Positions 39,222 through 51,057 of a stretch of DNA of 64,000 bases are shown one piece after another. The stretch is from Octopus vulgaris. Its lineage: Eukaryota. The translations under genes were made by a program, and so were the position numbers. The stretch spans positions 160,456,001-160,520,000 of the forward strand of contig OX597815.1 in assembly GCA_951406725.2 (NCBI GenBank). The letters are read 5' to 3'. How positions within the stretch are numbered: position 1 is the stretch's first letter; each line of letters begins with the position of its first letter. The notes below the pieces were generated by a model. That model was given only the letters and a program-made list of their open reading frames with translations, was not told where the DNA came from and searched no databases.

Positions 39222-39904
39222 AATAATAATAATAATAATAATAACAATAATGATGATGATGATGATGATGATGATAATAATTAGAAACAATGGCACAAAA
39301 TTACAGATTTACAAGAACAGGAAGGGAATGGGCAAATTAATTTACTCTTGCATTGTCGGTCAGGTTCACAGATTTTAAAAAAATAAAATAAAATATTACT
39401 CTGAATATTTGCAATTTTTATCTAACCATCAAATCTGAAACATCTTTAAAATATCTAAAATGAAATAGAATAAAAGAAAGATAGAAATCAACATTAAATT
39501 AGTGAGAAACAAATTGAAAGATGAAAACTTTTGTTTGAAGATGATGCTTTCATATTATCTTCAAAAGTAAGTTTAGTCACCAAATAATTTTATTGTTTGA
39601 GTAACTTGCATTGAATATTGTCATAGATATAATAATGAATTATAAACAAGATAAATAAAGTTAAACCTGAAATAGAGCTAATTGAATATATCATCATCAT
39701 TGATTTAATGCCCACTTTTCCATGCTTGCATGGGTCAGATGAAATTTGTTGAGACAGATTCTCTAAATCAGATGCCTCTGTTGTCACCAACCTTCACCTG
39801 TTTCCAAGCAATGTAATATTTCTCCATACAGAAAAGTAACAGTGCAATTGTTACAGACATCTATGTATCATACATAATATATAAATATACACCGCTAATA
39901 GGAA

Positions 39905-40733
39905 AGTTACTATCGTTTTCATCCAAGATAAAATCTCTCTGTTGCCATGCCGAGTTCATAGAGCAGAATATTCCCAACTCTCTCACAGGATATGTTAATA
40001 TCATTGACTATTTGACTTATAGTCAAATGTCTGTCATCCATCAGCATATGGTGAACAGTGGAGATGTGTGGCTTAGTGGTTAGGGTGTTGGACTCATGAT
40101 CATAAGATTGTGGTTTCGATTCCTGGATCAGGTGACACATTGTGCTTTTGAGCAAAACACTTCATTTCACATTGCACCAGTTCACTCAGCTGGCAAAAGT
40201 GAGTAATCCTGCAACAGACCAGGATCCTATCCAGGTGGGGAATATATACGCCATGAAAACCAGGAAACCAGCCGTTATGAGTCAGTATGACTTGAGAAGG
40301 AAACTTTAACATTAACTTTATGTGGCAAACACAATCAATGTTTTCTTCAGTGGTGGTAGTTGCAGGATGTCCAGACATTGGGTCATCTTCAAGATTCTCT
40401 CTTCCTCTCCTAAATCCAGCTGCTCACTTTTGCACAGTTGATAAAACTGAAGTTTCATCCCCTAATGTAGCAACCATGTCAGCATGAATGTCTTAGGGGG
40501 CCAAACCCATTTTTCTGTAGATACTTAATAACATTACATTGCTGTATATTGACCATTTTCAAGAGAAGTCGCTATTAGTTACTTTGGAAGTATTCTTTCA
40601 ACAGTCAGATGTCAGTTTACCCGGAAAGAAACAATTCAGTTATTAATAAGGAAAGATGAAATTAATGCATGCAAGATTTCACAGCTCTGGCATCACTCTT
40701 TCATAGTCAGCCTATGAACTTTTCAGCCCAATA
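39905..40733 (-). mobile_element. 5' part of a decayed mariner (irritans-like), split by a SINE
   Basis: Terminus ta-ttgggctgaaaagttcataggctgac; peptides VIKYLQK, LEDDPMSGHPATTTTEENID, MLMDDRHLTISQI. Confidence 0.8.
40058..40310 (+). mobile_element. SINE family D nested in the mariner
   Basis: Collinear with 18843-19080. Confidence 0.85.
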
Positions 40734-40744
40734 TTGATAAGTTA

Positions 40745-41148
40745 TTCTTTTACTTGTTTCAGTCATTTGACTGTGGTCATGTTGGAGCACTGCCATAAAG
40801 GATTTTTGATTGCAGAAATAAACCCCAGGACTTATTGCTTATATGCCTAGTACTTATTCTATCGGTCTCTTTTGCTGAACCTCTAAGATAAAAGGGATAT
40901 AAACAAACCAACATTGGTTTTCAAGTGATGGTTGGGGTACAAAAACAGATACAAAGACACACACATATAAATACATACATATATATAGATATCACGGGCT
41001 TCTTTCAGTTTCCATCTGCCAAATCCACTCATCAGGCTTTGGTCAACCTGAGGCTATAGTAGAAGACACTAGCCCAGGGTGCCATGCAGTGAGACTGAAC
41101 CCAGAACCGTATGATTAGGAAGCAAGCTTCTTACCACACAGCCACAAC
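40745..41148 (-). mobile_element. SINE family A
   Basis: Full-length reverse copy. Confidence 0.85.
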
Positions 41149-41179
41149 TATATTATTTATTAATACTTATTTAATGCAT

Positions 41180-41712
41180 ACCTTTCCTTCTTTTGACACT
41201 AAACTCTGCTTGCGAAGACCTCTTGAGGAAAGTGAAATCGAAATCAAATTCAATGACTGGCACCCGTGCTAGTGGAGCACTAAGAGCACCATCCAAGTGT
41301 GATCATTGCCAGAGCAGCTAACTGGCTTCTGTGCCGGTGGCACGTAAAAAACACCATTCAAGCATGATCATTACCAGCGTCACCTTACTGGCACTTGTGC
41401 TGGTAGCACAGGAAAAAATATTCAAGCAAGGTCGTTGCCAGTGCCACTGGACTGGCTCCTGTGTAGGTGGAATGTAAACAACATCATTTGAGCATGGCCA
41501 TTGCCAGTACCGCCTGACTGGCCCTCGTGCCGGTGGCACGTAAAAGCACCCACTACACTCTCGGTGTGGTTGGCGTTAGGAAGGGCATCCAGCTGTAGAA
41601 ACATTGCCAGATCAGATTGGAGCCTGGTGCAGCCATCTGGTTCGTTAGTCCTCAGCCAAATCGCCCAACTCATGCTAGCATGGAAAGCAGATGTTAAACG
41701 ATGATGATGATG
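41180..41712 (+). mobile_element. RTE-3'-derived element with 4.5 internal ~65-bp units
   Basis: Units start with actggc; followed by ggcgttaggaagggcatccagctgtagaaac and (GAT)n. Confidence 0.85.
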
Positions 41713-41979
41713 TATTTATATAATGCTGAGTATATATTTTCAGAAGCAAAAAAAGAAACAAGGGTAAACATAAAATGTATTTTAAAGAAAATTTTGGTAT
41801 TTTTCCACAGCAGTGTATTCCAAAATCATAATAATAGCATTATATGATGAGGCTGTTTTCTAAGGAAATAACTTAGTTGGTAAGCAAAAAGAAAAATAGT
41901 TGAAACAAGTACTTGCCAGCATTTTTTTCACCTGATCAATGGACACAGAAAATATGAATAATTTGGATTACTGTCATAT

Positions 41980-42180
41980 GCTATTGTTGCTGTTGGTAGT
42001 GATAATAGTGTTAGTGGTGGTGGTGGCAGCAGTAGCGGTAACAGCAGTGGTTGTGATACCGGTGATTGTAGTGATGGTGATAGTAGTAGTTGTAGTGGTG
42101 GTGGTGATGGTAGCGGTGATGGTGGTGGTTGTGCTGATCGTAATGATGGTGGTGGTGTTGGTGTCATGGAAGTGACAGCT
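41980..42180. repeat. Degenerate (GTG/GTA/GAT) trinucleotide tract
   Basis: Seen directly. Confidence 0.85.
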
Positions 42181-42849
42181 GTGGCGGAAATGATGATTCC
42201 AACAGTGTTGACAATTATGAGGACTGCTTCGATACAGACAAAGGAAGGAACAATAAGAAAGAACGTCGAGCCATTTCTTGGGGGTTGCTTGGGAAGGTAG
42301 GGAAATGCCAGCTTCTCAAGTCTGGATTAAGAAGATGCAATCATGTGCAAATGAAGAAGGAAAGATAGTATTTCAGAATTTTAGAATATAAAAAGAAAAA
42401 ATTATTATGAATTGTGGGACAAAGAGAATAAAAATAAAAAAATAAAAAAGTATCAAATTGAAGAATATTGTCAGAATATTAAATAACAAACAGAAAAAGG
42501 GAGAATAAACTATTGTTTGGAATTGAGCCAGAGGCAAGTAAGAATCCATTAGAATAAGAAGATTATTTTCAGAATTGTTGCAAAAATGTTCACCGGATGA
42601 AATCTTTAGGAAAAGGAAAGAGTAAAAAAACAGTATACTATTTGCAAAAGCTTGCCAGTTCTTGAATACATATCTTATGGCTTATCAATTGTTTCTTTGC
42701 AAGTTGAAGAGCAGACAGTTGCTTTGAATTATTCCACAGTAAAGCTTTTACAGATAATAAGCAATGCTTGTCATTTCATTGTATGTTTGTTTTTTTTTGT
42801 TTGTTTTTTGCTCTTTTGCTATTTTGTCAAATTATTCAGAAAATAAAAG

Positions 42850-44110
42850 TTGTGCTCGTGGTCATTGCAGAAGCTTCTAGACTATAGGATCAAGGTTGTA
42901 GTGATTCCAGATTGATCTAGTCCTGTGGAGAAAGGATTGAGAAGGTAGTTTAAGATGGGATCCAAAGAGTAAGAGACAGAAAGTGATGAATGGTCTGGAT
43001 GAAGAAATACAAGGTCATATCAAAAAGTACCCAGATTAGTTATGTTTAATAAAAAATGATTTGTTTACCTAAGTTTTAACATTATCTCCTTCAAAATTGT
43101 CACCTTGCCCAGCAATACACCAGTCTCAGCATTCCTGCCACTTTTGGAATCTGGTCTGGAGGTTGTTTTCTGTAAATGAGGTTGAAGACTTTCTATGATT
43201 TGCTCTTGATCTTGACAGCAGTGTTAAAATGGCAACCTTTGAGCTGCATTTTCCCCTTGGGAAAGAGACAGAGGTCCGTGGGTTCTAAATCTGACAAATA
43301 GGGTGGGAGCAGAAGTGATACCATGTTGTTTTTGGTGAGAAACTCTTGAGTGAGGAAAACTCTGTGACAAGGTTTACTGTTGTCATGAAGAATCCAATTC
43401 TTCACGCTCCATAGATCCAGTTGCTTTCATTAAATGTGCCCTTTTGTAAACATCATTGATTGTCCTCCAACGATCTTTATGCACAAGCTGAGGTATTTTC
43501 TCCACATTTCCTGGGGTGACACACGTGGCAGGTCATCCGGATTACTCATCATATTCCAGGGATGTCCTTCCACTTTTAAAACATGTGTGCCACTCAAAAC
43601 ATTGCTTGTGACCCATTGCCTTGTCGCCATAAGCTTGCTGAAATATGGTCAATACCTCTGTGACAGACTTCCCAAGTTTAACACAAAATTTCACGTTGGC
43701 TCTTTGTTCCAAGTTTCTTTCCATGACAAAAATCACAGACTACAGCATACGTGTGATCATAAAAACACAAGTTTCACAACTCGCAAAGTCAACACAGCAA
43801 TGACACTCAGCATAATGCCTCGTGAAGGTCACTGCTAGCTCTCACTGCACATACAACCATGTGCTGCCATCTGTTAATGCACTACAGAACCAGTCCAGGA
43901 ACTTTTTGATTCCACCTTGCCTATGCATTATGTTAATTCAGAAGACCAGGACATAGCAGCAGAAGAGAAAAAAACAGAAACAGTGTCTTTGAGTTATTAG
44001 CAGTAGCATGTTGGTGAATGAAGATCTTAGAATAGAATCAAAAGATGGATCTTTCTAAAATGTGAAGATGTGCATAGGTAGAGAATTGTGCTGCAGCATC
44101 ACTTGGATTT
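42850..44110 (-). mobile_element. Possible old CR1/Jockey-group LINE 3' fragment interrupted by the mariner
   Basis: SQSFLHRTRSIWN on the minus strand near 42905-42945 resembles SFF-RT---WN; the upstream part is weak. Confidence 0.35.
43008..43921 (-). mobile_element. Internally deleted mariner element
   Basis: TIRs; N-terminal LEQRANVKFCVKLGKS...WHTCFKSGRTSLE and C-terminal WILHDN...PYLSDLEPTD; the central region is missing. Confidence 0.92.
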
Positions 44111-45564
44111 TTGTTGTGCTTTAAAACCTATTTGTCATATGGCCTTTCTTAAACCCAGACCAGTACTCTGACTCTCCAAATGTACTTTACATTTTCCTGA
44201 GTATATCTATGGGTAAAGTCATCCTAGACATAACCATTTCATTGTTTAGTATTTCTATGACTACATTACTCTAATATGCTCCTCATATTTTCAGACACTA
44301 GGGTAAACAAAGGGAATTTGGCAACTGTTTCTAGTAGATAAAATGACTATAAAACAGCTACCTCATGTCACTTCTCCATTTCTTTTTTTTTTTTTTCTAA
44401 TATCAAAGTGTGATGCTTGTTCTTGTCAGCTTAATAACTTGATATATTCCTGATATGTTTCAGCTTAATTTGTTGTTGTTGTTTAATATTATTATTATAA
44501 AGATATTGATGCATTCTTCACCTTTGTCCTTGGCTGACTTAGACTTGCAGTGAGTGGATTTGGTGATTCTGAAATATATGCAAAAAGATTCTCTTGGCAG
44601 GATCATGGAAAACTATATGACCTTATAGAAGGTAAGTCAGCTTTCAACCACTGCGATGTATAAAAATATCCTTTGATTTTCAGGGGGTTGTTTTGCAGGT
44701 GTTATGATGGTGGTAAAAAGCCATCAGGAATTTATAAGCTGTCATCTTCACTTGTATTGCTGTACTGCAATTTTAAAGGAACAACTTCACATTCTAGTGA
44801 TATGGGTGTTGGTTGAGTGAAGGATATTAAGAGAGATATAGAACAAGAGGAATTCTTTCAGTCCTATGCTTAGCTATCTTGAATGGTTCATAAAAATCAA
44901 ATACCCTGCAGATCTTGAAATGAGTAAGTGCCTTGAAATGCCAGAAGATTCAAGAGATATGGTGTATAGTGCCTTAGAAAGATATAATGTAGTTTGGTTT
45001 GCTTTGTATTTGTATTTAGATGCTAGGTAAGTGTTATGGTTAGGTGCTTGGAGTGATTATGTATTGGTCTGGTTTAAGAGAAGGTAAGTTGATCAACATT
45101 GTTAAAAATCTCAACAACAGACGTAGGAGTGGCTGTGTGGTAAGTAACTTGCTTATGAACCACATAGTTCCGGGTTCAGTCTCACTGCGTGGCACCTTGG
45201 GTAAGTGTCTTTAGATATTTAGATTATTTGCTCAAATTCAAATACCTAAAATTAAGCATGAACTTTTTCAAATCTCATCAACATTTGTTTTGAATATTCT
45301 AGAGGCACTAGAATACACATGCATATCTTCATTAAATGATTGTTTTTTTTTCCCATTGGTGCAAGGTTATAAATCTACTAGATGAAGTACAATATATATA
45401 TACTAGTATATACGAGGTACTTATTTTATTGACTCTGGAAGATGGGACGTCTAATTCAACTTCAGTGAGATTTTAACTTAGAATACTTTTTTAGATAACC
45501 GAGACACTTATATTTCTAACACCCTTTAAGTTATTGATGACAAATCATTTATAAAGCCACAAGA

Positions 45565-45967
45565 TAGCTTACTTCCTAACCACATGGTTCCAGGTTCAGT
45601 CCCACTGTGTGGTACATTGGGAAAGTGTCTTCTATTATAGCCTCAGGTTGACCAAAGCCTTGTGAGTGGATTTGGTAGACGGAAATAAGAAGAAATATAA
45701 ACACACACACATACACAAACACACACACATACACAAACACACACACATATATATATACGCACACACTCTTTTACTCTTTTATTTGTTTCAGTCATTTGAC
45801 TGTGGCCATGCTGGAGTACCGCCTTTAGACAAACAAATTGATCCCAGGACTTATTTTTTGTAAGCCTAGTGCTTATTCTATCGGTCTCTTTTTGCCAAAC
45901 CGCCATGTTATGGAGACATAAACACACCAATGTGGGTTGTTAAGCGATGGCGGGGGAACAAACACAA

Positions 45968-46044
<77 letters not shown>

Positions 46045-46460
46045 TATATATATATATATACATACAATGGGCTTCTTTCAGTTTCTGTCTACCAAATCCA
46101 CTCACAAGGCTTTGGTTGGCCCAAGGCTATAATAGAAGACACTTACCCAAGGTGCCACGCATGTGGTTGGTAAGCAAGCTACTTACCACGCAGCCACTTT
46201 TGCAACTCTATATGTATATATTTATGCATATGAGTCTGTGTTTGTCCCCACCACCATTGCTTGACAATCGATGATGGTGTGTTTACATACACTGTAACTT
46301 AGCAGTTCAGCAAAGGAGACCAATAGAATAAGTACTAGGTTTACAAAGAATGAGCCCTGGGTTTAATTGCTTCAACTAAAAACTCGTAAAGGCGGTGCTC
46401 CAGCATGGCCACAGTCAACAAAATTGAAGCAAGTAAAAGAAAGAAGTAAAAAGAAAAAGA
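45565..46460. mobile_element. Family A SINE (minus, 45765-46205) nested in a plus-strand family A SINE
   Basis: Plus head at 45565-45700 and plus tail at 46235-46460 flank a complete reverse copy. Confidence 0.8.
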
Positions 46461-46637
46461 GCTGCATAACTAAATGTTCAGATTTTAGTCAGAAGAAAGA
46501 CTTCAACAATTAGCATTTCAGAGAAGAAGGATGGAGCTTACTGTTTATTATGGTTTCAAGTGTAAGAGGTACATTCAGTATGGCAAGAAGAGTAAACGAG
46601 GGCTTTTTATTTGGAGTAGTGTAGAGGAGTAAGATAT

Positions 46638-46942
46638 TTTGTTCCTTCTCGAGCCATGCCTGGCACATAAGGGCCGGTTTCCTCAGTTTCTTTGGCGTAT
46701 AGGTTCCCCACCTGGACGGGACGCCGGTCCGTCGCAGATGAGCTGCTAAATGCAGGAGGAAACAGTGAGAGAAAGTTGTGGCGAAAGAGTCAGCTGGAAG
46801 TTCATCATTACCTTCTGCTGGAGCAGCATGGAGCTTGGGTGTTTCGCTCATAAACACACACATCATATAGTCTGAGATTCGAACCTGCGATCCCTCGACC
46901 GTGGGTCTGCTGCTCTAACCACTAGGCCATGTGCTTCCACAC
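46638..46942 (-). mobile_element. SINE family C
   Basis: 15-bp TSD agaggagtaagatat at 46623 and 46943. Confidence 0.92.
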
Positions 46943-47124
46943 AGAGGAGTAAGATATGAAGAACAGAACCCATAGAGTGAAATGAATAAATGATCCATAG
47001 TTGTGTGAATGCTGAAAAAAAAAAAGCACTGCTGATTGTTGTAATTACATTTCTAATCCTTTATTCACTGCAGTCTTGTATGTCTGATTTTCATTCACTT
47101 CTGCATCACTTCCTTTTACAACAT

Positions 47125-47368
47125 TCTTTTATTCTTTTACACGTTTCAGCCATTTGACTGCAGCCATGCTGGAGCACCACCTCAAAGGGTTTTAGTCGAA
47201 GAAATTGACCCCAGGACTTATTGTTTGTAAGTTTAGTACTTATTCTTTTGGTTTCTTTTGCTGAACTGCTAAGTTACAGGGACATAAACACACCAACATC
47301 GGCTGTCAAGTGAAGGTTGGGGGACAAACACAGACACAAAGAAGCACACATAAATACATACATACATA

Positions 47369-47413
<45 letters not shown>

Positions 47414-47577
47414 GAGGGGCTTCTTTCAGTTTCCATTTACCAAATCCACTGACAAGGCTTTGGTTGGCCCAAGGCTATAGTAGAAGAGACGTGCCCAAGA
47501 TACCATGCAGTAGGACTGAACCCGGGACCATGTGGTTGGGAAGCAAGTTTTTTAACACACACCCACTCCTGCACCTA
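47125..47577 (-). mobile_element. SINE family A
   Basis: Full-length reverse copy. Confidence 0.9.
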
Positions 47578-48917
47578 TAAATTGTTTAACTAACTCAAGT
47601 CAGCTTGTTCTTAAGACTGAATAAAACCTTCAGTTGTTGCATTTTGAGAGTCTACATACGACACTGATATATATTTTGACAGAATATAACAAGAAGCTTC
47701 TGATGCAGAATGGTCAAGAAGGACTCAGTTGTGCCAAGTATTTCGCATGCTAAATACTACCGAAAACATTGTAAATATCAAGGAGAAAGCTTTTTTTCTT
47801 TCACCAGAGTTGTCTGTGGCCAGAGATTATTAGTGTTTGTTGTAGAAGAGGATGTTTTAAATTGATCATTCATCACTTTATTTGAAATTATTCTAAATAG
47901 GGCACACAAGCCAAGTAAAAGAGAGAAAAGCTCTATATATACTCTTTAAACATGCACATTTAGGAAAGCAAATAATGGATTGCAATAAAACATGAAAAAA
48001 ATTTAATTGAGGGCAATAAATCACAATTAATGAGATGACAATGAAGGAGCTAATAAAATAGGTTTAAAATAATATGAAAAGAACCTATAAAAATTAAAAT
48101 AAAATTAAATTTAAAAAAAACAGAACCTATAAAAATGCTAAAATGAGGGAAACTACCAGCATGTGGTAAGGTATTTATTAGATCTAAATTTAAAAACTTC
48201 AAGATCAAATTTCACAGAGTGAGTATATTTCACACTTCTGTCATACTGAGAAAATTCACTGAGGGTCAACTAAAAAATAACGAGATTCAAACTGGTTAAA
48301 GAAAACCACTATAACATAATTTGTGCTTAGTGAACAGTGTTAACATATCCACCTGGGATCTGCCCTATTAATTTCTTCATCGACATATCTCTGAGATGGT
48401 ATTGTGTTGGCATTTTAATTTTACTTCCAGTTACTTAATTAAGCATCTCTGAACATTTTACAAAGGAAAGGAAAATAATTTTTACACTCTTATGTTTGAG
48501 AAGCATTTCATATGAACAGTAGGTGTTTGTAAATCATTAATAATGCCTGTTATTTATTTATTTTCCCTATGTTTTTTTTTTTCTCATTAGATGAAGCATT
48601 GCTGCCTATGACGCAGGTGCAAGCTGAATCAGTTTTTCCCAATAAGTGATTGGAAGGAAAACTAAAATTAAATTTATGCAAATGATGAAAACAGATGAAT
48701 GTGAGCACCATTAATTATTGCTTGTTTTTTAAATGCTTTTTTTTTTTACCAGTCTTGCTAGCTTGTATCTTTATAAGTGACAAAGTGATTCTTTTTTGTT
48801 TTTATCTTGCTTGATTTCCGACAATAGGCATATTTTATAAGCTTCTTCCTAATTCCTAGATGAATACGGCAAGGAAATGTGCATATTGTTGTTGTTGATC
48901 AGCACGCCACCCATATA

Positions 48918-49235
48918 GTGGAGGCACATGGCCTAGTGGCTAGAGCAGCAGACTCGTGGTCGAGAGATCGTGGGTTCGAATCTCAGACTGAGCAATGTGT
49001 GTGTTTATGAGCAAAACACCTATGCTCCACGTGGATCCAGCAGAAAGTAATGGCGAACTTCTGCTGACTCTTTTGCCACAACTTTCTCTCACTCTTTCCT
49101 CCTGCATCTTGCAGCTCACCTGTGACAGACCGGCATCCCATCCAGGGGGGGAACCTATATGCCAAGGAAACCGGGAAACCGACCCTTATGAGCCACGCAT
49201 GGCTCGAGAAAGAACAAACAATAGAAAAAAAACCC
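48918..49235 (+). mobile_element. SINE family C
   Basis: A/B boxes; TSD ccacccatat at 48907 and 49236. Confidence 0.92.
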
Positions 49236-49858
49236 CCACCCATATCAGTTTTAGTGAACAGATCTATCACGAAAGGAATTCCATCTATGACCATTCTTTG
49301 TTTTTGTATAATAATATTTGTGCTGTTCAATGTCATATTCATTAGCATCATAACTGAATATCCATATTTTTATGTTCTTGTTGGCCAGAGATATATTTTA
49401 TACAGCCAGATAGGCTTCCTGCAACCAATTCTCACAGGGCTTTAGTCAAGGCACTTGTCTAAGCTGTCACCTAGTGAGACTGAACTTGAGACAATGTGAC
49501 TGGGAAGAAAACTTCTTCCCACACAGCCATACAGTAGCATTAGAGGCTCATAGGCTCTATGAAGATACATATGCAATATTTTATTTACATAGCACAAGCA
49601 TAGAATAGCTTTATGCTTTACTTTTATTGCTTCTTCTAGTCAGAAGGGAAAGCAGTACACATATTTTCACAGGGTCTCTGAGACCGAAGGGAGGGAAGGT
49701 TGAATGCACCCTCAAACTGGAAATCTAGCATGAATATTAGCAATAGAATGGACTCTGCAAAAAGTCAACCAAGTTCCAGGTGGTGCTGTTAACCTTTAGC
49801 ATTCACATTTCTTTGTCAGATGTATTGCTTATTTATTCACATTGTGTGGAATTAATTC

Positions 49859-50090
49859 TACATTATTTACATTTGACGGATATTTGTACTCATCTTGTTT
49901 GTTGTTCATACAATGTTTCAGCTGATATACCCTCCAGCCTTCATCAGGTGTCTTGGGGGAAATTTTCGAACCAGGGTTCTCATTCCTAAGGTATTTTTCA
50001 ATGTTATTATTATTATTATTATTATTCACTGCCTGGAATCGAACTCGGAATCATGGAGTTAGTAGCCCGTGCTCTTAACCACTACACCAT
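49859..50090 (-). mobile_element. tRNA-headed hammerhead-containing short element, left (inverted) arm
   Basis: Minus strand: tggtgtagtggttaag A-box, gagttcgattcc B-box, (AAT)n, spacer, HHR. Confidence 0.85.
49907..49952 (-). ncRNA. Minimal type-I hammerhead ribozyme motif
   Basis: gacac-CTGATGA-a-ggctg(gagggtatat)cagct-GAAAC-AT-T-gtatg: intact core boxes and 5-bp stem II; stems I and III carry mismatches. Confidence 0.75.
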
Positions 50091-50400
50091 GGGCATATGG
50101 CATAGTAACTAAGAGTGCAGACTACTAACCCCAAGATTCTGAGTTCGATTCCAAGCAGTAACCTGAATAATAATAACAATGATGATGATGATGATGATGA
50201 CGACGATGACGATGACGACGACAACAACATCGAAAAATACCTTAGGGATGAGAAGCTAGGTTTGAAATTTCACCAAGACACTTGATGAAAGCTGGAGGGC
50301 ATATCATCAGAAATGTGTTAATAACAAACAAGATGAGGACAAATATCCATCAAATGTAAATAATGTACATAATTCCTCATCTCTTAAATATAGAACTGTA
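50091..50400 (+). mobile_element. tRNA-headed hammerhead-containing short element, right arm
   Basis: Reverse complement of the left arm with an expanded (AAT)(GAT)(GAC) tract and ~30 extra 3' bases; decayed HHR at 50277-50319. Confidence 0.85.
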
Positions 50401-51057
50401 ATTCTTGTAGCTTCAAGATTTTGATGATGTGATTGTATATTTTTAGAACGACATTGTAGGGAATGGGTGAGGAATTGGATCCAGTAAGTTTTAGCATAAA
50501 GTGCATAGGATATTAGGGCTGGTTATGGCCAGTTCAAACACTAAAGGATTATACCATGTAACAGAGTTAGTACTTTTTAATGACTTCCCCAGAAAAAGTG
50601 GAATAGAATCCAGAACATAAAGGCTTGGCACAAATACTGCCAAGTATTCTATCTTGATCTTGTACCTTTCCAATTTGGGCACTCTTGACTCTATCATCTC
50701 TCCACCTCTCAATCACCCTTATTGTGTCTAACTCCCTCCTGCCCTAAATCCCACTCTAACTACTACTACTACCAAACTTACCTCCTAGGATGTTAATTTC
50801 TGTAATCTTATCCCTGCTTATGTCTTTCCTACGGGTCTAAACCCACAACAGCTTAAATGGAATATGAAATGCATCAAGCTCACTGGTCTCAAGCACTGCA
50901 AAAATCCTGGACATACCTCTCCCTCTAAATTCAGCAAGTGGATAGATATAAAAGTGTGAATGACTTAACATTTCTGATTAGTCAACACTAGAAACAGTTT
51001 CTTCTTATATTTTCTTTTCTTGTTTCTTTCTTACATTCCAAACAACATCCTTTTAGT

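Larger units (their letters stand above)
49789..50552. mobile_element. TTAA-flanked piggyBac-like MITE hosting the hammerhead SINE pair
   Basis: ttaacctttagcattc at the left end and degenerate inverted aaacactaaaggatta at the right end. Confidence 0.55.

Noticed and set aside
46510-46866. Recurrent ORF MCVFMS..PKLH..PAE (three copies)
   Set aside because: Chance frame in SINE family C, with different frameshifts among the copies.
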